A DNA stretch of 63,154 bases, the filler included, from Octopus bimaculoides (lineage: Eukaryota), in NCBI RefSeq assembly GCF_001194135.2. It is 6 parts of 6 records of this genome, joined end to end, with 100 filler letters (N's around TTAATTAATTAA, not from the genome) between each part and the next. Parts side by side here need not be neighbours in the genome. Positions count along the whole stretch, not along the records: positions 27,619 to 40,137 come from NC_069007.1; positions 40,238 to 50,300 come from NC_068992.1; positions 50,401 to 63,154 come from NC_068986.1; 3 more parts are not named here. The stretch is one strand, 5' to 3'. Under the pieces are notes generated by a model, which saw only the letters and a list, made by a program, of their open reading frames with translations, ran no database searches and was not told where the DNA came from. Below, one piece after another: positions 39,074-52,407 of the stretch. Every line of letters starts with the position of its first letter. Position 1 is the stretch's first letter. Made by a program: the position numbers and the translations under genes.

Positions 39074-40279
39074 ACGGGTTTCTTTCAGTTTCCGTCTACC
39101 AGATTCACTTAGAAGAGGCTATAGTAGAAGACACTTGCCCAAAGAGCAACGCTATGGGGCGGAACCATGTGGTTAAGGAACGAACTTCTTACCATGCAGT
39201 CACACCTGCACAGTATGTTGCAGAAAAAAAAATACTTTTGCAAATTATTCCATTCTTTCTTTTCTGGAATGAGTTAAATGAATATTTCTAATAAAAAGAA
39301 CATTTCCAGAAATACCGGCATAATTAGAACGGAAAAAAAATTCAGAAGTGAATTTGTGCGTATGGCCGTTTGCGATGCTGTAGGTCAGGAAGTTTTCGTT
39401 TTATCAAAAAATATTCATTTAACGAATTCCAGGAGCGAAAGGCTTGAAAAGTCTTTAGAAGTAATTTTGTTTTCCAATATAATTGTAATCATCAAAATGT
39501 ATGAGGAAACAAAGTCGATATGGGTGAATTATCTGAAACTCTCTCCAACTCCTTCAAAGTAAAATTTGCAACAAGTTCCAAAATAATTGTTATCTACCCC
39601 ATCTGAAAAGTATTTGTAGGAAATTTCACTGAAATAAAATATCGATTTTCCAGAAGGTTATGAGGAAACAAAGATTGGGGGCAGAATTATGTAGTAATAC
39701 CGGAGATTTAGCTGCTATATCTAGCAATCGGAGCGAATTTTTAGAAAAGCCGTCGTTGTTTAGTCATATTGATGCCATCGTTGAAAATAAATACTGTTCT
39801 ATTATAAATAGATAGTTTATAACAATATAAAGTCGAGATATAAAATTGAGTCACTCTAAATGTTTAATTCGTCATATATCACAAAGTCGATAAAGAAGGA
39901 GAAAATAAATAAGTAGGTAAACAAATAAATAAAAAACAAAAGGATAGAGAAAAAATATTTTTTTTTTAAGAAAAAAAAGGCAAATAAACAAGGACCAAAT
40001 AAGGAAATAGCAAGATATTTCCGGTTCAAGAAAGCTGAAAACTAGACGAGAATTTATGATATATACATACATGTATGTATATGTATATATGTATGTATGA
40101 ATATAATGTATATATACATATATGTATTTATATACATNNNNNNNNNNNNNNNNNNNNNNNNNNNNNNNNNNNNNNNNNNNNTTAATTAATTAANNNNNNN
40201 NNNNNNNNNNNNNNNNNNNNNNNNNNNNNNNNNNNNNTTGCAAAACAAATATATATATATTTATATATATATATGTGTG

Positions 40280-40352
<73 letters not shown>

Positions 40353-43300
40353 ATGTATATATATGTATGTACGTATGCATATATTTATATTGAGATGCAT
40401 ATTTATTTCTTTATTGCCCACAGCGGCTAAACATAGAGGGGACAAACAAACACAAACAAAGGGATTAAGTCGATTAACTCAACCCCACTGTGTAACCCTT
40501 TGAGTTATATAGACATATGCAATGATTTCATGTCCTTTGTTGGTGTTGCTGTTCAGAAAGACTGCTGGACATAAAGTTAGACTATATTCTCTTTCAATTG
40601 TCTATACTCGAATGCACTAAACAAAGACATATTAATAATTTCTAGTATATTCTTTCGCTATCTCTTGCTGCGTATATCAAGATAATTCAGAAGACGAACA
40701 TAGCCTTTGATTAAAAGAAGGAAACATCGAACTATGCCTCTCAGATAAAATCGATATATCTTTCAAGAATATCAAACAACTAGCATAAGATTAATAACAA
40801 CAACAATCATAATAACAATCATAATATTGACCTGACGATGAAAACGTCATCGTAACCATCATCACCATCAACAAGACCATCTTCTTGTTCATCATTATCA
40901 CCACCATCACTATCTTCATTATCTTAATATTGATAACGATATTAATATTTTTTTATATGCATATGAAGTCAATAATTGGCAGGGAAAGCAACAGTTGGTA
41001 TGACTAATTCTCAGACAATAATTGCTAATTATAGAAATACTAGTGATGAACTTCTAGTCTTCATTTCAATGGTGGCGGTGATATTAGTGATATTATTATT
41101 ATTGTTATTATCATCATGGCGGCGTGGTGACAGAATTGATATCGCGCCGGAGGAAATGCTTAGTGGCATGTCGCCTGTCTTTACGTTCAGAGTACAAATT
41201 CTGCAGAGGTCGACTTTGTCGTTCATACTTTCGGTGTCAATAAATTAGGTATAAGTGAGACAGTGGGGTCGATGTAATCCCCTCACAAAAATTTCAGGCC
41301 TTGTACATATAGTAGAAATTATTATTATTATATGTTTGAGTTTTACTTTGTATTTGTACACGTTGACACCAAGTCGCACCCAGAAACCTCAAGAATCAAG
41401 TTAGAAGCTCATGCAGGATAGCAACGACAATGATGATGATAATTAGTGATGATCAGAGTGAGGATGACGACTAGTTCGAACAAATGAAGCTGTTGCTGTC
41501 CTCAGTCGTTATAAAATTTAACATTTTTTGTCTTTTATGTTTAAAGTATTTCAATCTAAATTTGTCAAAAACGTTACCTTTGTCAGAAATCGTTGATGTT
41601 CTTTTTTGTCTTTCTAAACAGAGTTACTTATTCTGTAAAGCCTAGCGTTTTCAAGAGATCTTGTAAATGGTGTTGTTTTAAAGAATTTCTTTGAGTACTT
41701 TCGAAATTTGTAGTGTAACGTCATAAAGAGTTCAGAGTTCATAGCATTCTCTCATAGCGTTACACGTGTTGGGAAATATACTTTTATGTAACATGTATCA
41801 CCCACTTGTGTTTTTTCTTTCAGGCTTTTGTATTCTGGATTTTTACACCCAGTATACATATATACATTGATGCATGCATACAAACAGACATACATACAGG
41901 CACACACACAAACACACGCACACACAAACACGCTCGCGAGCGCAAACGCATTCGCACACATATACAGCTTTGAAGAATGGAGTGGCTTGTTTGAGGGATA
42001 TTTGGCAATATCTCCATGTACACTGAACAGCCTTGTTCATCGTCATTAAGATTTGCTTGTTGAGGTAAACAGAAAAAAAATATTTGTTTCAGTGAGCACA
42101 TATTACGTCTCTGTCGACGTTCCCTTGATGCTTGGCGAAACCTTCAACAGCACATAAAATTGTATCTTCTTAAAGTCACTTAAGATTTCTATCATTTGCG
42201 ATGAATCATGAAATTTACGAAAAAATTGATCAGCTTTATACAATTTTCTGAATTTCATTTTTTGACTTTTATATTATTGGAAACGTTATCGCATGGATGG
42301 GGGCTTGATGTCTGATATTAACTGCTTTAGTTATGATTTCATTTAGGATTAGGAATGAAATTTAGGGAAAACTCTTTAGGCCCTGTCTTTTGTATGAAAG
42401 AAACGAGTCGATTGATTTAAGTTTAGTATGCATTACAATATGATATTAATTTGTTGCTGTTTTTCACTCTTTCATTTTGGTTATTATCTTGGAAACCAAC
42501 GATGCAGCATAAAATACAACTAAAGGAAAAAACATCATTTCCAACAAAAGCGCTCAGTGAATGAGTAATCAGAATAAAAAAATACTATTGTAGAAAGCAG
42601 AAAGAACAGAAAAATGCTAACCCTTATGTTATGATGCTATTTTCAATATCGCTGGCACCAAATTCATTTCGCGGAATTGCTTCAATATTTTAATCCTATA
42701 GGAAGATTCAATGCTTGAGAAAGGAAAGAGTATGTATCAAAATTTTATAACATGTGTGTAATCTTTGATAGCTGAGTCATTTAAACTGATAATTTTTTTC
42801 AACTCCTTACGAATTGTTTATCTTAGCAATATTAACACTCACAGTAATGGGTAGGGGAAGCTGCCGGAATCAGTAGCAAGTCGGGCGAAAAGCTTAGCGG
42901 CGTTTCGTCTATTTTTAATTTCTGAGGTCAAATACTGCCGAGGTCGACTATACCTTTCATCATTTCGTGGTCGATAAAATAAATACTATTTGAGTACTGG
43001 GGTCCATGCAATCGATTTAATCCTCACTAGATTTTGCTGGCCTTGCGACAAACTTTTCAACCAATATTGAGCATTTATATTAGATAAGTATTTATAAAAC
43101 TTTTCATTATAGTTCCGATATCCTCTACTAATTCTTCAACGATTTTCCAGCAAAGGGATTTAATGTAAACTCAAAGAAATCACAGATATATTTCGTAAAC
43201 AACTGGGATGCTATTTTTATAACAAATGAGAGATAAAAATCTATATTTCTTCTTCACAATGGTGCAACCACAAGTAATTTTCCCACAGAAGTTGAAAATC

Positions 43301-44155
43301 GTATATTTTTTAAAACAAAACGCTTAACTTGCATTTGAAGTTGTCCCTCAAACTGCCAAATTGCAGTATGTATATGGCTGTATGTTTGTATGTGTATATG
43401 TATATAGCCATATATACATATATGTGTGTATATATTGTGTTTATATATATTTTTATATGCATGTATTTGAATATAAATAAGCATATATGTATTCATACAT
43501 ATAGATACATATATGTATAATGATTATGCCTGTGTGTATACATATGTTTATATACATATATGAGTTAAACTCTATATGTATATATGTATACATAAATTCA
43601 AACAGGTACAGATGTATATATATATATCTAAATACTTATATTTGTGTGCATATGTCTAAGTGTGTGTGAGTGTGTGTGCGGGAATGTGCGTGTGTGTGTA
43701 TAACGGGAAGGTTAGACAACCAGAATAACATCATGTATTTTATTAAAATAAAATATTCCATTATATATGTCTGTTTCATAACACATTTTGAACAAAAAAC
43801 GGTCACATATAACTGATTATTTCGATTTAATGATAAAGATAACACATGTGTGTTACTCTGTGTGTGTATATATATATGCATGTACGTGTATATCGAATTA
43901 TAACTGCCCATATATTCTTCATTAAATATATGTTCCAAATTAGTTTATTGAAGGAAAATAAACATATGAACAAAAAACCCACAAAACTATCATAAAATTC
44001 TGTAAATTGTTCAATAACCTTATTCTATTTCGCAATATTGCTAATTCTAATTATACAATTAGGTAGTGTTATTATCACATCTAACAGCTCGTATACATTT
44101 ATCAATACATACATGCATACACAACCAAATATATATATTCGCATACATACATGCA

Positions 44156-44285
<130 letters not shown>

Positions 44286-44418
44286 CACATAAATAGACAT
44301 ATGTATATACACACATATATATACATACTTATATAATTATGCATATATATGTATATATTCATATACATATTCATACATACATTGATATATTCTTATAGGC
44401 ACACATATAAGCATATGT

Positions 44419-44473
<55 letters not shown>

Positions 44474-44932
44474 ATATNNNNNNNNNNATATATAGGTGTG
44501 TGTGTATATGTATGTATTATATATTGTATATATACATATATTTACATACACACATGCGCACACATATATACATACATACATATTCATACATACATACATG
44601 CATGCATACATACATGCATACATACATGCATACATACATGCATACATACATACATACATACATACATACATACATACACATGTGTATTATTGCGAAATAG
44701 TTTGCGTTTGTTTGGATAAGCGAAAGTAATTGTAATTGATAGTCAATTCCAGAAATAAAACAAATTAATTAAACGTTACAAAGTTATAATGTCTAAATTA
44801 ATTACATGTTCTAACATAGATAAATGTATCGTTTGTTTTTGGTGTTTCGGGCATGTTTTATGTTAATGAGATGAGCATCGTGGTTAGTGTAATACTATTA
44901 GTAGTAGGAATTGTGCTTGTAGTTATTATTAA

Positions 44933-45337
44933 GTGAATACCATCAAAAATCATATTAGAAACGTTATGAGTTATACAGAAGGGGAAACTTGCAAAGTTTC
45001 CCATTTAATGTGCGGTGCAGAATGCACGAAACATAACATGATTTATGTTGGTTGTACAACGGAACAATTAAACAAAAGGTTTAATGGGCACAGATTCGAC
45101 GTCAGGCACAAGAACAGTAGTTCAACAGAACTTGCTGAACATTTCGTTTCAAGCGGCCGCAATTTTGAAGAAGATTTGAAAGTGCCCATTCTCAAAAAAT
45201 ATCCTGAATGTACCCCACTTTCACTTCTCAGAATGTATGAGGAGAAATATGTTTGCGGGTTATTGACATCATGCCCTCGAGGAATGAATAAGATGACAGG
45301 AGAATATCATCAAAGTTATACGAAACTGTTTGATTGA
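44933..45337 (+). pseudogene. GIY-YIG endonuclease domain of a 5'-truncated Penelope-like element
   Basis: ORF contains AECTKHNMIYVGCTTEQLNKRFNGHR ... AEHF ... YEEKY ... PRGMN (YVG, R, H, E and N motifs), followed by a pLTR with HHR. No RT upstream. Confidence 0.85.
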
Positions 45338-45520
45338 ATATTTTTCTTTCTCTCTTTTTCTTTTCTTTTTTTGTCGTCTTCCTTTTTCTTTCTTTTTTTC
45401 TGCTTATTAAAAGACTGACAAAAACTGATGAAGTCATTCCATCAACGTGTGGACGCTGGTTACTCACGTTCATAGTTTACGTTTGGTTTCTGAAATTTTG
45501 AATTTTCAATCACCTTTTGG

Positions 45521-45565
45521 TTTGAACTTGAGAAAGACAGACGTTCTGTCGAAATATTGTTCAAA
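45521..45565 (+). ncRNA. Type I hammerhead ribozyme, U3-A8 core variant, in a Penelope pLTR
   Basis: UUUGAAC-UUGAGAA-A-GACAG(acguu)CUGUC-GAAA-U-A-U-U^GUUCAAA. Perfect 7-bp stem I, 5-bp stem II, stem III AUAU; lies ~185 nt downstream of a GIY-YIG ORF. Confidence 0.8.
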
Positions 45566-45965
45566 AAATAAAAACATCTAAAATCGCACTCTTCGTCTTG
45601 ACTATTTACCTTCGTGAAGAATTACGTCAATCCTTTTTTAGTAATAATNNNNNNNNNNNNNNNNNNNNNNNNNNNNNNNNNNNNNNNNNNNNNNNNNNNN
45701 NNNNNNNNNNNNNNNNNNNNNNNNNNNNNNNNNNNNNNNNNNNNNNNNNNNNNNNNNNNNNNNNNNNNNNNNNNNNNNNNNNNNNNNNNNNNNNNNNNNN
45801 NNNNNNNNNNNNNNNNNNNNNNNNNNNNNNNNNNNNNNNNNNNNNNNNNNNNNNNNNNNNNNNNNNNNNNNNNNNNTTTATACATTAGGCGCAAGGCCTG
45901 AAATTCTTGTGGGGGAGGGGGCCGAAAGAGATAGAGTAATAGTAGTTCAAGTAGTATTAGTAGTT

Positions 45966-46042
<77 letters not shown>

Positions 46043-47240
46043 CCTTTTATACATTAGGCGCAAGGCCTGAAATTCTTGTGGGGGAGGGGGCGGTGTTAAT
46101 CGATTACTCGGACTTCAGTGCTCAGTCGGTACTACTTATTTTATCGAACCCGAAATGATGAAAAGCAAAGTTGACCTCTGTGGAATTTGAACTCAGAACG
46201 TTAAAACGGCATAGCTTCAGGTATAGTTTCTCCTCAGCCTATTTCTGAGTGAGACTAACCAACTTACGCGTCACTGGTCCAGACTAGTGGACGTCTGAAT
46301 CAAACCAAACCGCGAGCAGTTTAATCGATACTTCCATCCAAAATCTTTTCACTCGGACCTGTACTGCAGAGTCCAGACCCTAGGATTTAGCTGACCCACA
46401 GTAATATATAACCGTTTAGCTGACACTCGGTGATACATGACCGTTTAGCTGACACACAGTGATATATAATTGTTTCGGGTAGTTGCTGCTACGATCTCCA
46501 GTAGAATAACTACTTCGACTTTTCCTCCGTTTAACATTACAAGTTGCTTTGCTTCTGTTAGCCTTCTCTCTTTCTAACTTAGTGACAGCGAGACGAATTG
46601 CATTGGTTTTGCTTCCATCCCAGCAAAAGATCTTCTGAGCGTTGTTTGTAAGTATCCGGTGGTTACATTGTTCCTGTTATTCATGTTGTTATTTCGTTTC
46701 TGCAGCTGATGTTGCCATTACCGTTATTGTGTCACTGCCGTCGCTAATCTTATCGCTGTGGCGGCTGTTATTGTTGTTGACGTTGCTGTTGTTGTTTTTG
46801 TCGTTACTGCTGGTGTTGCTTTCAGTTCCTTTGCAGCTGCTGTTGCTACGATATCAAGTGTTCTCGCTGCTGTAATGACATTATATAACAACTGAACTTT
46901 GTACATTCAACGTTGATATTTCCTCCATTCATTCAATTTATGTTATTCCGTCTTTGTTAGTATTATTGCTTTTGACGTCTGTGTTTCTTTTGTGAATGTT
47001 TTGCTTTTTTTTTAATCATTGTTGACTCCGATATCAGTGGCGTAGTTCTATGGACTTTCGATCTGAGTGTTCACCTCTTCTTGTAACTGAAGCGTGAGCG
47101 TGAGGTGCTCTGATTGCTACATTCGTCTCTTCGCAATCAGCATGCTTTTTTAAAAAATCATTTCCCTTTCAAAATTGTGCCCCAAAGGAACACAAAGAAA
47201 TGAACCGACCAGTTTCTCTATTTCTGGTAGACTTCATAAA

Positions 47241-47481
47241 TGTTATTTACATTATTTACATTTGACGGATATTTGTCCTCATCTTGTTTGTTGTTAACAC
47301 AACGTTTCGGCTGATATATCCTCCAGCCTTCATCAGGTGTCTTGGGGAAATTTCGAACCTGGGTTCTCATTCCTAAGGTATTTTTCGATGTTATTATTAT
47401 TATTATTCAGGTCACTGCCTGGAATCACACTCGGAATTTTGGGGTGTGTAACTCGCGTTATTAACCACTACGCCATACGCC
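47241..47481 (-). mobile_element. tRNA-derived SINE with a hammerhead-bearing (Penelope pLTR-like) 3' part
   Basis: Sense: GGCGTA-TGGCGTAGTGG (A box) ... GAGTGTGATTCC (degenerate B box), (AAT)n linker, HHR, then a tail ending in a short tandem AAATGTAAATAATGTAAATAA. No TTTT run within the element. Confidence 0.75.
47296..47341 (-). ncRNA. Type I hammerhead ribozyme inside a tRNA-headed SINE
   Basis: Minus strand: GACAC-CUGAUGA-A-GGCUG(gaggauauau)CAGCC-GAAA-C-G-U-U^GUGUU. Stem I 5 bp (one G.U), stem II 5 bp, loopless palindromic stem III ACGU. Confidence 0.88.
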
Positions 47482-49341
47482 TGTGGGCATATGGCCACTT
47501 TGAGATATGCACTTTTAAGTTCGTTGAAATGTCTTAATTTCTTATTACTTATAATCTATCTTTTGTAACATTCAACTGTTACTGAGGAAGTTAATTATTT
47601 GATTGTTTATATGTTTATGTTATGTCGGCGCCATACGAAATTTCGGTGACTTACAAAGTTACAAGGTTACACGAAGCATTGAAGCTGCTTCGATCAATGC
47701 CAACATTCTGCAGAAGTTGATTCGGAAATAATTTGAACAAATTTGTTCAGCAATAGATGCACAGACTCCATCGACCGACATATTGCTAGAAGGCATGATA
47801 CCTGAGCATCTGATGACAGCCCATGAAAGGAAACTGAGAGAAGAAGCACAAACTCTTAAAAATGAGTCATTAGGGTTTTGTGAAATTCCCTTGATTCGCC
47901 ATTAGGAGTAAATCTTCATTCTAGGGATCTTGCTTGTCAAAGATGTTAATATTATATATATTTGGTATCAAGCATTTAAACGCCATAGTTAAAATTTGAA
48001 CAACTGGTCGACCGCCTCATCATTATCATCACCAGCAGCGGCACCACCACCACCATTACTACCACCCTCATCGTAGCCGTCGTCGTCGTCATAGTAATCA
48101 TCATTCTCATTATTGTTGTTGTTATTGTTTTTATCGTTATTGGACTTTTGCGCGGAAAGTCGTGTCTTGAATTTACTCTTCTTTCATCTCTAATGATATT
48201 TATTTTTTTCTAAAGCAAGATTGTTGTGTTTACGCTGTTTATTAGTAGCAACGAATTATAAGAGAACTTAATTATATCTGTGTATATATGTATGTATGTA
48301 TGTATGTATGTTTGTATGTATGTATGTATGCATGTATGTATGTATGTATGTACATATGTATTATGTATGTATGTACATATGTGTGTATGTATGTATGTAT
48401 GTTTGTATGTACATATATGTGTGTGTATGTATGTATGTATATATGTATGTATATATGCATGTATGTATGTATGTATGTATGTATGTATGTATACTCTATT
48501 CAGTGAATTCTGTTCTTTGTTATTTGTCTCTACTTTTATGTTAGAAAGTATTTTACTGCAAGCAACAATGTTGACAACGGGAGTGGTAACCAACCTCCTC
48601 CTTCAGATAATATGAATGTCTTATGTTTTGGATTACAATTCTAGAAACAGCACGAATATTTCCAACAAAACCAACGTGAACATTGATAATATAGTGAATA
48701 TACCAGTTAAACATCTGTCATGTGATGTACACTGTAAAGAAACCAATAACAAAACCAGCTGTCATAATACTCGAAAGACAGTACAACTTAATAGTAGTTA
48801 TGAGATAAATGACAAGGAAACATTTCTTTTAATACGTACCCCTAAAGAGGGGGCAAGCTACAAAATTACAGAAGCGAGTAATACAAATTTCAATCAAATT
48901 TCTCGGGTAAACAGAGAAAACATTTTATTAGGATCCAGATATGTCTTTCACTAGTGCCAACATTGGTATCTGATGACACAAATTACTTAGAATAAAAAAT
49001 AAAGGCCACGATTTAAAATGTGAAACCATTTTCCGAGAAAATTTTTTGAAAGGTGGATGAGAGTGGTGATCATAGTCAATGAGATGCGTGTCGCGTGTCC
49101 TTCTGGACACGTGACTCGCATCTGTAGGTAGGGCAGGGACAACTACGGTCTTAGGAAAGTGTATTATTTCTGGGATTTCCATGACTTGGATATGATAAGT
49201 CTCCCCACCCCCCACTCACCGTTGAGGAATTATTCTTTGATTCAAGATTTTACTTTTCTTTTGCGATTCCCATGTTTACAGATTACTTATAGAATTTCAC
49301 ACTTTCACTCTATCTTCTTCTTCTTCTTCTTCTTCTCCTTC

Positions 49342-49399
<58 letters not shown>

Positions 49400-49996
49400 C
49401 CATCATCACCATGTGTTCAAATGGATTAAACGCAAAGCAGAAATTAATAATAGAGGAAGTGTCGTAAGGATACGAATAAAAAAAAATTGCAGGAGAATTA
49501 GAATGAAAATGTAAATGTTGGGACCAAGAATCAATATGAAAATAACATAGAGCAGAAATACATATAATTACAGATTAGTAACACAAGAAAATTAATAAAA
49601 ATAAAAGAAAACAGAGCAGTTAAAAATAACTGAACAGTAAAAATGACAACATCACCTTAATATTACAGAAACTAATAACATATTCGGACTTGACAGAGAG
49701 CGAATCAGAAGGATATCAAGTAGTTAATGTGTAAAGATAATTACATACGAATTGGTTATTGCTGTTTATTGTATAGACAAGAATGAGAGTAAACCATATC
49801 ACAATTGTATTATATATTATCGTGTTGTACAGCGTCGTAGAATTATCCTGTTATCAATTGTTTTGCTTAATTTTTTGGTGATGTGTGTGAGTGTTTTTTT
49901 AAGTATATGCTTTCGTCTGATAATATAAGTATTATGTAATAAAAGATATGAAAATATATATGAGTGTGGGTGTCATAAATGTGTACGATAATATAT

Positions 49997-50011
49997 AACT
50001 AAATATATATT

Positions 50012-50049
<38 letters not shown>

Positions 50050-50050
50050 C

Positions 50051-50085
<35 letters not shown>

Positions 50086-50140
50086 CATAATAATAATAAT
50101 AATAATAATAATGATAATAATAATAATAATAATAATAATA
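49997..50140. repeat. Long (AAT)n microsatellite, representative of many di-, tri- and tetranucleotide SSRs in the window
   Basis: Direct reading. Other long tracts include (CTT)n ~30565-30650, (TA)n ~44160-44240 and (AAT)n ~45968-46041. Confidence 0.95.
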
Positions 50141-50162
50141 CCAACAACAACAACAACAGTAA

Positions 50163-50188
50163 TCTATATATATACAAATGAGAATGTG

Positions 50189-50219
<31 letters not shown>

Positions 50220-50300
50220 GTGAATCCCTAAAACTCGAGAACTACGCAACCAATTTCATTCAAATTTTACACATGCCTTACTTAGGGTTCCAGTTGTGTT
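50163..50300 (+). mobile_element. Helitron 5' end, same family as 18752
   Basis: Near-identical to 18752-18900 (TCTATATATA..AAATGAGAATGTGTG..GAATCCCTAAAACTC); truncated by a gap. Confidence 0.8.
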
Positions 50301-50400
50301 NNNNNNNNNNNNNNNNNNNNNNNNNNNNNNNNNNNNNNNNNNNNTTAATTAATTAANNNNNNNNNNNNNNNNNNNNNNNNNNNNNNNNNNNNNNNNNNNN

Positions 50401-50700
50401 TAATATGTTGGCCTGGTAGTTCTTTGTAGGTAGGCATTTATCTTGGGCTGCTATGATAAACCCCTCTGTTTCTGATTTCAAGCCAGAGACCATTAACCAT
50501 TGGTGGGTAAGGGCTTTGTCAATATCTGCATTATTCGCTCTCTTTGGGTATTTGCCATTGAGAGGTTTTCCATGCCATTTTTCAGTAATAATATCTAAGG
50601 CAGCACTTTTAGCACGGGTTTTGAAGCGCTTAGCTTTTTCTGCAGGTGTTTCTAGTTCGTCTAATTATTGAATTTGTTGCAATTGGAATTCACTTAGATA
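50401..50700 (-). pseudogene. R4/Dong-clade LINE fragment
   Basis: EKWHGKPLNGKYPKR...HQWLMVSGLKSETEGFIIAAQDKCLPTKNYQANIL. Confidence 0.8.
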
Positions 50701-50769
50701 GTCCTTTGCCTGTTATGTTACTGAGTGAGATGCTTTCTTGCTTTCATGAAGTAAATACTTGCAGAGCCT

Positions 50770-51215
50770 GAGAGAACACCAGGCCCGCTGAAGGGAAAAC
50801 TATCTTAATCCCTAAATCTAGTGGAACGACAAACCCACAAATCTACAGACCTATAAAATATCGCAGAGAATGGGCAAGTATTGGCAAGAAGAAGACTTGC
50901 TTCCAGAAGAGCAGAAGGCATGTTTCAAGGGCTCATATGGCTGTTGGGCTCAGTTATTGATCAAGAAAGCCATAGGTCAAAGCCTGGCTGCTTGGATCGA
51001 TTATCGAAAGGCTTTTGATAGTACTGCCCACGTATGGATCCCAGAAACATAAACCATGAACCAGTTAGCACCAATAATCCTAAAACATACAAAAAACTCT
51101 TGGCACCGCCCATATCCTACGTAACGCACTTTCGTTGATGCAAACATTGCCTTACATCCTTTCAGGGACGATGAAATAAGAACCAGTTGATTACTTGTTT
51201 CGATATAATTGTCGA
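50770..51215 (+). pseudogene. Internally deleted R4/Dong-clade LINE (RT joined to REL end)
   Basis: GKTILIPK...YRPI, LLPEEQKAC.KGSYGC..QLLI, WIDYRKAFDS..HVW, then LGTAHILRNALS. Confidence 0.75.
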
Positions 51216-51989
51216 GTCCCTTCCTGCAGATTTCAGGCCTTGTGCCTGTATTAGAAATGTAGGGNNNNNNNNNNNNNNNNNNNNNNNNNNNNNNNNNNNN
51301 NNNNNNNNNNNNNNNNNNNNNNNNNNNNNNNNNNNNNNNNNNNNNNNNNNNNNNNNNNNNNNNNNNNNNNNNNNNNNNNNNNNNNNNNNNNNNNNNNNNN
51401 NNNNNNNNNNNNNNNNNNNNNNNNNNNNNNNNNNNNNNNNNNNNNNNNNNNNNNNNNNNNNNNNNNNNNNNNNNNNNNNNNNNNNNNNNNNNNNNNNNNN
51501 NNNNNNNNNNNNATATATATATATATATATATAGAAAAGCACATACATACAGAGTCATACACAGACACATCTATCATTATATAGTGTGTGTGTGTGTGTG
51601 TAAGATGTACTTTTGTACTGGCGTATATAATCCGTTTGCCGCCATTACAGTGCTGAATTATTTACCTCATAATGACTCAACTTGTCATCTTATTCTCCCA
51701 TTAAAATCTCTTTTATTAACACCATATATTACGATATCATCTGGTAAGTATTTTTCATACATCTAACACCAAGTTCTTGAATGTGATTTTAAAATGTTTA
51801 AGATTATATAACGATCCGTTCGTTTTTGAAGATCAAATAACAGAATATTGGCCTGTCGCTAAGTTTGGGTCTTTATTAGGACTGGTTTTGATAGGGCTGT
51901 TGACTCCATAACGAAAAGTTACAAGAACATAGAGAATTTGAAGTCAATCACAGTGAAAACTAAAGTAGAGAATTAATTCATATTTTTTT

Positions 51990-52380
51990 CTACTCTAAGC
52001 ACAAGGCCCGAAATTTTGTGGAAGGGGGCCAGTAAATTAGGTCGACCCCAGTGCACAACTGGTACTCAATTTATCGACCTCGAAAGGATGAAAGGCAAAG
52101 TCGTCCTCGCGGAATTTGAACTCAGAACATAAAGACAAACGAAATACCTATTTCTTTACTGCCCACAAGGGGCTATACACAGAGGGGACAAACAAAGACA
52201 GACAAACGATTAACTCGATTATATCGACCCAGTGCGTAACTGGTACTTATTTAATCGACCCCGAAAGGATGAAAGGCAAAGTCGACCTCGGCGGAATTTG
52301 AACTCAGAACGTAACGACAAACGAAATACCGCTAAGCGTTTCACCTGGCGTGCTAACGTTTCTGCCCGATCGCCGCCTTA
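51990..52380 (-). mobile_element. tRNA-derived SINE family B, with internal duplication
   Basis: Head GGCGGCGATCGGGCAGAAACGTTAGC..CTGAGTTCAAATTCC. The GAAAGGATGAAAGGCAAAGTCG module occurs twice. Further copies at ~8335-8500(+), 16920-17130(-), 17190-17382(-), 26362-26548(-), 41135-41320(+), 42855-43055(+), 46045-46205(-). Confidence 0.85.
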
Positions 52381-52407
52381 AATTAATTTATATTAAAATA
52401 ATCAGCT

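Noticed and set aside
42700-42735. 28-nt AG...GT micro-exon candidate
   Set aside because: Such signals are common by chance and no neighbouring exons support it.
45877-46090. 45-bp duplication of a SINE-B tail
   Set aside because: The first copy sits at a gap edge, so an artefact cannot be excluded.
48616-48954. 112-aa Asn/Thr-rich ORF
   Set aside because: No recognisable motif or splice signals; length plausible by chance in AT-rich DNA.
49070-49130. SECIS element (AUGA before a hairpin)
   Set aside because: No apical AA, no 3' GA quartet partner and no UGA-containing ORF nearby.
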